This document shows, piece after piece, positions 43,861-55,949 of a DNA stretch of 64,000 nucleotides (positions are counted from its first letter, which is position 1; each line of letters starts with the position of its first letter). The DNA is from an uncultured delta proteobacterium. GTDB lineage: Bacteria > Myxococcota > Myxococcia > SLRQ01. The position numbers and the translations under genes were made by a program. The notes beneath the pieces are model-generated. The model had not been told where the DNA came from and did no database searches. It worked only from the letters and a program-made list of their open reading frames with translations. The stretch is taken from contig CAVSGM010000005.1 of assembly GCA_963727485.1 (NCBI GenBank), forward strand, positions 32,001-96,000. Direction: 5' to 3'.

Positions 43861-45360
43861 CTAGGCCTTGGGGCTGCCGTCACCGGGCCGGGCCACGGGC
43901 TTCGCCGCGCCGGTGCCGCCGTTCGCCGGGACCAGGTCCTTGACGCCCGGGACCTTGGACACCAGCTCCTTGAGGTCCATGCCCGAGAGCCCCTCGAGGA
44001 CCGGCGGGAGCTGGGCCATCACCCCGGCGATGTCGCCGGTGAGCTTGGAGATCGCGCCTCCGTCGCCGCTCCCGCTGTTGACGATGACGATCTTGTCGGT
44101 CTTGGCCAGCGGCGCCGCGATGGCGGTGGCGAGCTGCGGCAGCATCTCCACGAACATCTGGGTGACCGCGGCGGCGTTGTACTTCTCCCAGCTCGCGGCC
44201 TTCTGGCTCATGGCCTCGGCCTCGGCGAGGCCCCGGGCCTTGATGACCTCGGCGTCGGCGAGACCCTTCTGCCGCGAGGCCTCGGCCTCGGCGAGGCCCC
44301 TGGCCTTGATGACGTCCGCCTCGGCGAGACCCTGGCTCTTCTCGGCGTGGGCCCGGCCGTCGGCCTCGGCGGTGAGCTTGTACTTGGTGGCGTCGGCCTC
44401 GGTCTGCACCGCGTAGCGCTTGGCGTCGGCGGGCTTCTGCACCGTGGCCTCGAGCTCCTTCTGGGCCCGGAGGATCTCCTTCTCCTGCACCGAGATCAGC
44501 TGCTCCTTCTCGACCAGCTGGACCTTGACCTCCTCCTCCTTCACCTTCTGCCCGGTGCGGTAGCGCTCCAGGTCGTAGGCGAGGTCGGCGGCGGCCTTCT
44601 TCTCGTTGATGGTCACCTGGTACTCGGAGCGCTTGGCCTCGAAGTCGCGGTTGGCCTCGGCGATCCGGGTCTCCGCCTGGTAGCGCGCGGTCTCGCCCTC
44701 CTGCTTGGCGTTGGCGCTCTTGATGTTCGAGTCCCGGTCGGCCTCGGCCTGGGCGACGATGGCGTCGCGCTTGACCTGGGCCAGGCGCGGCTTGCCGAGG
44801 GCGTCGAGGTAGCCCTGGCTGTCCTTGATGTCGCGCAGGGTGAAGCTGACCAGCTTGAGGCCCATGTTGGCGAGGTCGCCGACGGCGGCCTCCTGGACCC
44901 GCTGGGCGAAGGCCTCGCGGTTCTTGTAGATGTCCTCGACCTGCATCGCGCCGAGGATCGCCCGGAGGTGGCCCTCGAGGGTCTGCTGGGCGACGTTCTG
45001 GATCTCGCGGATCGGCCGGCCGAGGAACTGCTCACTGGCGGTCTTCAGCCCGATGTCGGTGGAGTCGATCTTGATCTGGGCGATGCCGTCGACCTGCACC
45101 GGCACCCCCTGCTCCGTGTAGACCTCCGGGGTGCGCACCTCGATGGTGATCACCTCGAGGGGCAGGCGGTCGTACTTCTGGAACATGGGGATGACGATGC
45201 CGCCGGAGCCGACCTTGATCCGGGGCTTGCCGGTGCCGGAGATGACCAGGGCCTCGTTGGGACCGGCCTTCTTCCACAGCGACGCGGCGGCGAGGACGAC
45301 GAGCAGGATGAGTCCGACGATGACGCCGCCGGCGACGATGGGGTCTGCGAGCATTCTCAT
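43861..45360 (-). CDS. Flotillin (SPFH) protein
   Basis: QTLEGHLRAILG, YLDALG, AEA repeats, DKIVIV. Confidence 0.93.
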   Translation of the reverse strand: MRMLADPIVAGGVIVGLILLVVLAAASLWKKAGPNEALVISGTGKPRIKVGSGGIVIPMFQKYDRLPLEVITIEVRTPEVYTEQGVPVQVDGIAQIKIDSTDIGLKTASEQFLGRPIREIQNVAQQTLEGHLRAILGAMQVEDIYKNREAFAQRVQEAAVGDLANMGLKLVSFTLRDIKDSQGYLDALGKPRLAQVKRDAIVAQAEADRDSNIKSANAKQEGETARYQAETRIAEANRDFEAKRSEYQVTINEKKAAADLAYDLERYRTGQKVKEEEVKVQLVEKEQLISVQEKEILRAQKELEATVQKPADAKRYAVQTEADATKYKLTAEADGRAHAEKSQGLAEADVIKARGLAEAEASRQKGLADAEVIKARGLAEAEAMSQKAASWEKYNAAAVTQMFVEMLPQLATAIAAPLAKTDKIVIVNSGSGDGGAISKLTGDIAGVMAQLPPVLEGLSGMDLKELVSKVPGVKDLVPANGGTGAAKPVARPGDGSPKA

Positions 45361-45397
45361 TTCCTCCCGAGTGGCCGGGGCGACGCCCGGCGTGCTG

Positions 45398-46088
45398 TCA
45401 GTCTGACGCGGTGCCGTCCCCGGACGGCTCCGTCGACTCGGCGAGGCGCTTGATCCGCGCCGCCGCCTCCTCGCGGACCACGACCGTGGACCCGCGTACC
45501 TCCTGGATGATCACCACCGTGCCGGTGGAGAGCGCGTGGCCGTCGACGGTGCGGGCGCTGGCGGTGCGCCGGCCCCCGTCGAGGACGAAGCCCACCTCGC
45601 CGATGCCGCCCTCGGGGATGCCCACGCTCACCTTGGCCTCCATCCCCGCGAAGCGCGCCACCTGCGCCTCGCCCGAGGGGCTCCAGGTGGTGGCGAGCTT
45701 CCAGAGGAAGGTGCCCACGGTGCCCCCGCCGAAGACCCCGGCGGCGACGGCGATGGGCAGGTGGAGCCACCAGCCGAGGCCCGCGGAGAGGGCGGCGTAG
45801 CCGGCGACCCCGAAGGACCCGAGGAAGACCGAGAGGACGTAGGGCGAGAGGATGGGGAAGCCGCCCTCCTGCCCGCCCTCGGTGTGGCCCTCGTGGCCGG
45901 CGTGGACCAGGTGCCCGCCCGCCGGGCCCGCGTGGCCCCCGGCGGGCGCGGCGCCGTGGCCGCCCACCGCGCCGCCGTTGGCGCCGGCGTGGCCGTGGCC
46001 GAGGACGCCGGCGAGCAGGGTGCTCACCACCACCCACCCGACGCCGATGGTCCCGGTGAAGGCGTAGAATCCAGCCGAAGGTGCTCAT
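45398..46088 (-). CDS. NfeD-like membrane protein; apparent frameshift at ~46068
   Basis: TM segments, His/Gly linker, C-terminal OB-like GMEAKVSVGIPEGGIGEV; adjacent to flotillin. Confidence 0.8.
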
Positions 46089-46954
46089 GGCGCGTCCTCC
46101 GCGAGGACGGCCTCGACGGCGGTCTCCGACAGGGCGGCGAGCCCCGGGGCCAGGTGGGCGCCCGCCTCGCCGGCGGCGGCCTGCACCGCCACCGCGTAGA
46201 GCTCGAGGAGGCCGGCGGCCCGGGCGGGGCGGGACCCACCGCCCCCGGGACCGAGGGCGGCGAGGACGGCGTCGAGGGCCCGGTGGGCGTCGTGGACCGA
46301 GGCCGCGTCGCCGGCGGCGGGGTCGGCGCCGGCCTGCCCCCGGTGGAGGGCGGCGGCGAGGTGGAGGCGCAGCCCGGCCCGGTGGCCCTGGAGGACGTCC
46401 TCGACGCCGTGGCCCAGCGGCCCGGCGAGGCGCAGGCGTCCCAGCGGTCCGGCGGCGTGGCGGGCGAGGGCGGCGGCGGCGTCGGCGTGGGCCGAGGCGA
46501 GGGCGGCGAGGCGGGTGAGGGCCCCGAGGGCCAGGGCGTCGTCGTCCGGCGCCGGACTCCCGCGCACCAGGCGGGCCCGGGCCAGGCCCTCGAGGCGCCT
46601 CGCCTCCCCGGCGGCGAGGGCGAGGGGGGCGGGGCTCCCCGGGGCGCCCCGGGCGACCGTGGCCACCCGGGCGGCGCCGGCGGCCAGCCGCAGCCGGAGG
46701 CCGACGTTCTCCAGGAGCCCGCCGGGGCCGAGAAGCAGCCCCAGGGCGGTGTCCAGGCGGTCGGCCTCGAGGCGCTCGGCGGCGGTGAGCCGCGCCTTCA
46801 AGGAGAGCTGTGCCTGCCGGGCGACGAGGTGGCGCAGGGCGGTGGCCGCCGCCTCCGGGAAGAGGGTCTCCACCACCGCCCCGAGGGGGAGGCCGCAGCG
46901 CGCCGCGAACGCCGGCGCGGCGACCTCGAGGCTGTCCCCCGGCCTCGAGGTCAT
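46085..46954 (-). CDS. Hypothetical Ala/Leu-rich protein
   Basis: ATGA-coupled to both neighbours. Confidence 0.65.
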   Translation of the reverse strand: MTSRPGDSLEVAAPAFAARCGLPLGAVVETLFPEAAATALRHLVARQAQLSLKARLTAAERLEADRLDTALGLLLGPGGLLENVGLRLRLAAGAARVATVARGAPGSPAPLALAAGEARRLEGLARARLVRGSPAPDDDALALGALTRLAALASAHADAAAALARHAAGPLGRLRLAGPLGHGVEDVLQGHRAGLRLHLAAALHRGQAGADPAAGDAASVHDAHRALDAVLAALGPGGGGSRPARAAGLLELYAVAVQAAAGEAGAHLAPGLAALSETAVEAVLAEDAP

Positions 46955-47676
46955 TCGTTCTTTTCGGCGAGGCGCTTCTTGAGCGCCTCGAGCTCGTCCT
47001 CGACCTGGGTGCTCGCCTTGAGCTGCTTGAGCTTGGCCTCGATGGCGATCTCGGCGCGGACGTCCTTGTCGGCGCCGGTCTCCACGCTGGACAGCTCCTC
47101 CATCGCCTCCACCTTGGACTCGATCTGGAGGATCTTGTCCTCCATCCGGGCGAAGGCGGCGAAGGCGGTGTCGTCCTCGAGGGCCTTGTGGGTGCCCATG
47201 GCCACCTCGCGGGCGGCGATCATGTCCTCCTTGACCTTGGCGGCCCGGAGGCGGGAGACCAGCTGGCCCTTCTTGGCCTTGGCCTCGTCGATCTTCTGCC
47301 CCAGGGCGGTGAGCGAGGCCCGGAGGGTGTCGACGTAGTCGGTCTGGACCTTGACCTGCTCCTCCAACGAGGCGACCCGCGCGTCGTTGGCCCCCTTGCG
47401 CTTGAGGGCCTCCCGGGCGAGATCGTCGTCGCCGCCCTGGACGGCGGTGAGGGCCTTGGTCTCCCAGGCCTGGGAGTCCTCGCGGGCGGTCTCCAGCTTC
47501 TTCTCCAGGACCTTCTGGGAGGCGAGGCTCTCCACGACCTCCTTCTTGGCCTCCTTGACGTTCGTCTGCATGTCGAGGATCGACTGCTCGAGGATCTTCT
47601 CGGGATCCTCGGCGCGGGAGATGAGGTCGTTGAGGTTGCTCTTCACGAGCGCGCTGATTCGGGAAAGGACGCCCAT
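46951..47676 (-). CDS. pspA: PspA/IM30 family protein
   Basis: MGVLSRISALVKSNLNDLISRAEDPEKILEQ...DDLAREAL...FARMEDKI...ELEALK. Confidence 0.95.
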   Translation of the reverse strand: MGVLSRISALVKSNLNDLISRAEDPEKILEQSILDMQTNVKEAKKEVVESLASQKVLEKKLETAREDSQAWETKALTAVQGGDDDLAREALKRKGANDARVASLEEQVKVQTDYVDTLRASLTALGQKIDEAKAKKGQLVSRLRAAKVKEDMIAAREVAMGTHKALEDDTAFAAFARMEDKILQIESKVEAMEELSSVETGADKDVRAEIAIEAKLKQLKASTQVEDELEALKKRLAEKNE

Positions 47677-47826
47677 GTCTCCTCCACGTGAGCTTTCGGG
47701 TCGGGGGCCACTCTACCAGGGATCACGCCCCCGGGTACCCCAGGATGGAACCGCACCCCCAAGGGCGCAATTCCGCGAATTTGCAGGCCCTTGGCCGGCA
47801 GGATAGAACCGCAACGGGACCGACGC

Positions 47827-49539
47827 ATGAGCACCCTGCGCAGCGTGTACACCAACCTCGTCGCCGCGAGGACCACGGTGCGAGACGTGCGCCGGCTCGA
47901 CCAGATCGCCCGGGTCTTCGCCCGCCACGGCTTCGGCTTCCTCTTCTCGCGGCTCTCCGGGAAGGACGCGGCGGTGGCCCGGGCGGTGGAGGAGGCCCTC
48001 GAGGAGACCGGCGGCGCGGAGGCGGCCCCGAGCGCCCAGGGCCAGGCGCTGGCCATCCGCTTCCGGGAGGCCATCGAGGACCTGGGGCCCACCTTCATCA
48101 AGTTCGGCCAGATCCTCTCCACCCGCCCGGACCTCATCCCCGCGGTGTTCTGCGACGAGCTCCAGGGGCTCCAGGACGACGTCGAGCCCATGGGCCTCGA
48201 CGACGTGAAGTCGGTGATCCGCGAGGAGCTGGGCCGGGATCCCGACCAGGTCTTCGCCGCCTTCGACGAGGCGCCGCTCGCCGCCGCCTCCATCGCCCAG
48301 GTCCACCGCGCCCGGCTCGAAGGGGGCGAGGCGGTGGCGGTGAAGGTGCAGCGCCCGGGGATCGGCGCCACCATCGAGGCCGACCTCGACATCCTCTACT
48401 GGCTGGCGCGGCAGCTGGTGGCGGTGGCCCCGGAGACCCGGCTCTTCGACCCGGCCGGCATCGTCCGGGAGTTCGAGAAGGCCATCCGCAAGGAGCTCGA
48501 CTTCGCGGCGGAGGCGCGCCACATGGAGCGCTTCGCCCGGAACTTCCGGGACGTCGACTACGTCCACATCCCCACGGTCCACAAGCCCCTGTCGACCTCC
48601 AAGGTCCTGACCATGGAGTTCATCGACGGGGTGAAGATCACCGACGCGGTGACCCAGGGCCTTGGCGACGGCGAGGTGCTGGCGAAGCGCGCCCTGCACT
48701 CGCTGTTCAAGCAGTTCTTCAAGGACGGCTTCTTCCACGGAGATCTCCACCCGGGGAACATCCTCGTCGTCCCGGGCAACCGGCTGGTCTACCTCGACTT
48801 CGGGCTGGTGGGCCGTCTGACGCCCGACATGAAGGACCGGGTGGTGGACCTGCTCTTCGCCGTGGCCCGCCGGGACTTCGACGCCATGGCCCGGGTGCTC
48901 TTCGACATCGGCGAGCGCGAGGGAGCGGTCGACTACGACGCCTTCGTCGCCGACGTCTACGACGTGGGGGAGCGCTACTTCGACGAGACGCCGCTGTCCG
49001 AGGTGGACATGGGCGGCCTCTTCCGCGAGCTGGTGCAGGGGGCCATGCGCCACCACATGCACATGCCCGCCACCTACACCATGGTGTTCAAGTCCCTGGT
49101 CACGGTGGAGGGCCTCGGCAAGCGCATCGCCCCGGAGATGGACATCATCGCCGAGGCGCAGCCGTTCATCGCCGAGCTGCTCAAGGAGCGCTACGCGCCG
49201 GAGCGGCTCCTCAAGCGGGCGAACGAGATGGGCCACACCCTCGGGCGCCTGATGCGCCAGGTGCCGCCGGCGCTCACGCGCGTGCTCGAGGACGTCGACG
49301 CCGGGCGGCTGACCTTCCAGATCGACTTCCGCCGCCTCGACGACTACCTCGAGGACCGGCGGCGCTCGGACACCATGTGGGGGCTGGGGGCGGTGTACGG
49401 GATCCTCACGCTGGCGGCGACGCTGGCGCTGTCCTGGAACGAGGTGACGATCCTCGGGATCCCGGCGATCTCGTTCGTGGGGTACGCGCTCTCGGTGCCG
49501 GTGGGCGCGATGTTCCTGCGGGCGTGGTGGCGGCGGTAG
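47827..49539 (+). CDS. AarF/ABC1/UbiB-family atypical kinase
   Basis: LGPTFIKFGQILSTRPD, AAASIAQVH, VKVQRP, FFHGDLHPGN, LDFGLVG. Confidence 0.93.
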   Translation: MSTLRSVYTNLVAARTTVRDVRRLDQIARVFARHGFGFLFSRLSGKDAAVARAVEEALEETGGAEAAPSAQGQALAIRFREAIEDLGPTFIKFGQILSTRPDLIPAVFCDELQGLQDDVEPMGLDDVKSVIREELGRDPDQVFAAFDEAPLAAASIAQVHRARLEGGEAVAVKVQRPGIGATIEADLDILYWLARQLVAVAPETRLFDPAGIVREFEKAIRKELDFAAEARHMERFARNFRDVDYVHIPTVHKPLSTSKVLTMEFIDGVKITDAVTQGLGDGEVLAKRALHSLFKQFFKDGFFHGDLHPGNILVVPGNRLVYLDFGLVGRLTPDMKDRVVDLLFAVARRDFDAMARVLFDIGEREGAVDYDAFVADVYDVGERYFDETPLSEVDMGGLFRELVQGAMRHHMHMPATYTMVFKSLVTVEGLGKRIAPEMDIIAEAQPFIAELLKERYAPERLLKRANEMGHTLGRLMRQVPPALTRVLEDVDAGRLTFQIDFRRLDDYLEDRRRSDTMWGLGAVYGILTLAATLALSWNEVTILGIPAISFVGYALSVPVGAMFLRAWWRR

Positions 49540-49548
49540 GCCGGGCGC

Positions 49549-49972
49549 TCAGCCCTGGTGGTCGAGGGCGACCTGAAGGCTAGGGACCTCTCCGCCGAGG
49601 TCCCGGGCGTATCGCCTGGGTACCACCAGGGCGCGCAGCTTCGATCCGAGAACCACGTGCGCGACGACGCGGCGCTTCTTGCCCAGCACGATCGTGAGCC
49701 TGGCGCGGACGGTGCCGTGACGGGCCCGGGCGACGGAGATCACGAGGGTCGCCCGCCAACCAGGCTTGTGGAGCGTGGTCGGTACAGTGGGCCCGATCCT
49801 GAAGGTGGAGGGTCGCCGCGTCGACCTGAAGTTTCACGGCAACGGACCTGGCCTTCGGGGCTGGCGCTCCAGCGCGAAGCCGGGCCTTGGAGCCGTGCAC
49901 GGCCGACTCCGCACCGGAGGCCGCGGCCGGTGGGGTGACGAGTAGGGCGAGGAGTAGCAGGGTAGTGCGCAT
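49549..49972 (-). CDS. Hypothetical exported protein, probably one gene with a frameshift near 49745
   Basis: Signal peptide MRTTLLLLALLVTPPAAA; ORFs 49580..49972 and 49549..49743 join plausibly. Confidence 0.5.
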
Positions 49973-49987
49973 GGGGTGGTCCCGGTT

Positions 49988-50941
49988 TCAGTTTCCCTGG
50001 GGTGGCGGGCCCTGCGTCGCGCAGAGCTGCCTGGCGGAGAAGGCCAGCGCGTCGGTGCAGGCCACCGCGCCGGACACGCACCTGCCCTGGTCACAGACGG
50101 AAGCGGCGAACCACACTGCCTTCTTGGGGCAACCGCAGCACACATCCCCGCAGTCGGTCGGTGACTGACACGGCGAGCCTGGCATCGGGGCGGTACGGAG
50201 GACCGACGGACAGTCGGCCGCCTTTCCATGGCCGACCAGCGACATGAACACGGTGGGTCCCGAGGGACTCCCCTGATCCCCTAAGCCGTCCGACGGTCGG
50301 GCGTATTGCTGGGCGTGGAGCACGGTTCGAAAGGCGTCGCCGGCCTCCACGCCGGGGGCGTCGACCGGGACCGGCTTGAAGCCCGCGTAGGCACGCTCGA
50401 GGCAGGCGGTGACGCCGGGGATGTCGAAGTTGGCGTGTCCCACGTCTACGCCGGCAATGACCAGGCGGTCGTCCTCGCGTTTCATCCGGAGCGAGAGATC
50501 AAGCCGGATCGGGTTGGGCGCGTTCGCGGGTGCGTGAAACCGCTTCCAGCAATCATTCCTTGGCTCGGCGGTGCGGAAGAACGCGGAGGCCGCTTCGTCG
50601 ATGCCCTGGCGAAGCGCCGGCGGGATGTCGGTGTCCTTGTCGGTGAGAACGGGAGCCTGGTCCCAGGCCACGCGTGGGCCGGCATCCGCTGGTGTTGGCG
50701 GCTGCTCCCGTCGTGGCCCGGTGGGATTCGGGCGCCGTGGCGGGCGCTTGGGCATCGCGGCCACGGGTCGTGCCCGAACGAGACGTGGCGCGGTGGGAGG
50801 CTTCGGTTGGGGTGGAAGGCTCCTTGTGGTTCGGGCCGGGGATGGGGGGGGTGATCCCTCCCCGCCGGTCGTTGCCAACCAGACTGCCAGGACGACTCCC
50901 AGTAGGCCTGCCGCGTACAGGCCCGCTCGCTTCCAACTCAT
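49988..50941 (-). CDS. Hypothetical membrane-anchored protein with Cys-rich C-terminal domain
   Basis: N-terminal TM segment, Pro-rich linker, ...CQSPTDCGDVCCGC...VCDQGRC...C...C. Confidence 0.7.
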   Translation of the reverse strand: MSWKRAGLYAAGLLGVVLAVWLATTGGEGSPPPSPARTTRSLPPQPKPPTAPRLVRARPVAAMPKRPPRRPNPTGPRREQPPTPADAGPRVAWDQAPVLTDKDTDIPPALRQGIDEAASAFFRTAEPRNDCWKRFHAPANAPNPIRLDLSLRMKREDDRLVIAGVDVGHANFDIPGVTACLERAYAGFKPVPVDAPGVEAGDAFRTVLHAQQYARPSDGLGDQGSPSGPTVFMSLVGHGKAADCPSVLRTAPMPGSPCQSPTDCGDVCCGCPKKAVWFAASVCDQGRCVSGAVACTDALAFSARQLCATQGPPPQGN

Positions 50942-51414
50942 TGTTCCCCACTCGCCCCGACGCCGAGATACCGCAGAATCACGGACTTCGTCGACCCGGG
51001 AAACGAGAAAGTGTACGCGTCGCCCCTTGCCAGAGCACGGCTCTCCCGACGCTTCGGGCCGGCCTCCCGTCCTACCTGGATGGCGACTCGGTCGTCACCT
51101 CGTCCGACGACACGGAAGCGGAACTCCGGGATCTCTCCGCCGCCCGCGACCCGCACGACGCTCCCCTCCCCCGCCACCAGGATAGTCTTCTTGGCCTCGG
51201 TCTGGACTTGGATGCGATAGCGAACGGTTGCCTGGCCATCGCCGCTCGGCGATTCCGACGAACACGTGGTCGCGCTAGCGTGTCTGGACGAGGTTTGGGC
51301 TCGAAGTCCCTTCCCCACGAGGACTCCGATCGCTGCGAAAGCAGCGACGAGAATCGGCCCCAACAGCCCCCATCGCGCGTGCTTCGACCGTTCATCGGTC
51401 TCGTTGACTGTCAT
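50938..51414 (-). CDS. Hypothetical membrane-anchored protein
   Basis: AGGAG RBS, TM segment WGLLGPILVAAFAAIGVLVG, ATGA-coupled to the next gene. Confidence 0.65.
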   Translation of the reverse strand: MTVNETDERSKHARWGLLGPILVAAFAAIGVLVGKGLRAQTSSRHASATTCSSESPSGDGQATVRYRIQVQTEAKKTILVAGEGSVVRVAGGGEIPEFRFRVVGRGDDRVAIQVGREAGPKRRESRALARGDAYTFSFPGSTKSVILRYLGVGASGEQ

Positions 51415-51468
51415 TGCCTTCTCCTGTGCCGACCGGCGCGGCCTGCCGTCGCTTGGGCGACACGCCAA

Positions 51469-51499
51469 GCCCCGCGCGCAACTGTGATGCGCGCGGGGC
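51469..51499 (-). terminator. Perfect 12-bp stem-loop after the Cys-rich peptide gene (weak U tract)
   Basis: GCCCCGCGCGCA-N7-TGCGCGCGGGGC. Confidence 0.65.
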
Positions 51500-51525
51500 G
51501 TGGAGTCCGGCTCGACGGAGGCCGG

Positions 51526-51720
51526 CTAGCAGTGGAAGGGATACACGGCGCAGCACGTCTGCCCACACGTCACCATCTGGCCGCACACGGTGAAGCCGTT
51601 GCAGTCCAGACAGCACTGCGTTGGGGGCAGCGCCTGCGCCGGGGTTGGGGCGAAGGTCGCGAACCCGACCGTCATCCCGATGATGAGAGCGCCGAGGGCC
51701 GAGGCAGCGTAGCGAATCAT
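51526..51720 (-). CDS. Secreted 8-cysteine miniprotein
   Basis: GAGGAA RBS; signal peptide ending AQA; mature LPPTQCCLDCNGFTVCGQMVTCGQTCCAVYPFHC. Confidence 0.8.
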   Translation of the reverse strand: MIRYAASALGALIIGMTVGFATFAPTPAQALPPTQCCLDCNGFTVCGQMVTCGQTCCAVYPFHC

Positions 51721-51991
51721 TGTGCTTCCTCAATTTAGGGGATGTGACTACGGTGCAGCATACAGTTGATTAATACACTAAGGAAATTCATAAGAGCAAC
51801 ATCGACTAAGTAAAATAGAGATACGCCGCGATTGGGCCGTCCTTCGCGAAGGGACGCACCGCGGTTCGCCAGAGGGGGATCGGCCTTGGCGACTCGCGGA
51901 GCATGCCGATCGCGGTGGTGCGGGACGGGCTTGCGAGCGGCAAGGACGACGCGCAGGCGCGACCGGCGCCCGGGTGGGGTATGGTGGCCTG

Positions 51992-52564
51992 ATGCGACAG
52001 GTCAAGGGCGTCCTCTTCGTGGACTACGTCCGGATGATCCGTGCCTTCAAGGGCGCGAACTGGGGCGCGCACCTGCCCCCCGAGGACCACCCGTACCTGC
52101 ACCAGCCCATCGACCCCGCGGCCTGGTATCCGATGACGTCGTTCGAGCGCCTGGGCAACGCCATCCTGGACGTGATCGCCGGCGGGGACGTGAGGCTGGC
52201 GCGGATGTGGGGGCAGCAGTCGGCCGCGCGGCTCGTGGCGGCGAACCCCCAGCTCCTCGCCCCCGGGGACGCCGTCGAGACCCTGAGCCGGTTCCGGGTC
52301 CTGCGCGCGACGTACTTCGACTTCGAGGCCCTCGAGGTGCTCTTCCTCCACGAGGACGAGGCCCAAATCGTGATCCGCTACCACATGGGCATGCCCGCCG
52401 AGGAGGCAGCGTCGGTCCAGACCCAGGGGTTCTTCGAGGGCCTGCTCGTCCTCGCCGATGCCACCGACCTCGCCTCCGGGTTCGGCGAGCGCTCCTGGGC
52501 CGGCAATCCGCGCACCCGCCTCGACCTCACCTGGACGCCGCCGGGCCTGACCCCGAGGTCCTAG
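51992..52564 (+). CDS. DUF2378-like myxobacterial protein
   Basis: VKGVLF...IDPAAWYPM...GFFEGLL pattern. Confidence 0.6.
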   Translation: MRQVKGVLFVDYVRMIRAFKGANWGAHLPPEDHPYLHQPIDPAAWYPMTSFERLGNAILDVIAGGDVRLARMWGQQSAARLVAANPQLLAPGDAVETLSRFRVLRATYFDFEALEVLFLHEDEAQIVIRYHMGMPAEEAASVQTQGFFEGLLVLADATDLASGFGERSWAGNPRTRLDLTWTPPGLTPRS

Positions 52565-52610
52565 GGCACCGCCCCAGGACCCCGACTCTGCTAGACTGGG
52601 CGCCAGCGCC

Positions 52611-55934
<3,324 letters not shown>

Positions 55935-55949
55935 CGCGCCGGGAGGGCC

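Noticed and set aside
51526..51720. RiPP (lanthipeptide/ranthipeptide) precursor
   Set aside because: Has a Sec-type signal rather than a RiPP leader, and no modifying enzyme or peptide transporter is nearby.
49540..51990. Mobile element or prophage
   Set aside because: No integrase, transposase, terminal repeats or tRNA target seen; only compositional evidence of acquisition.
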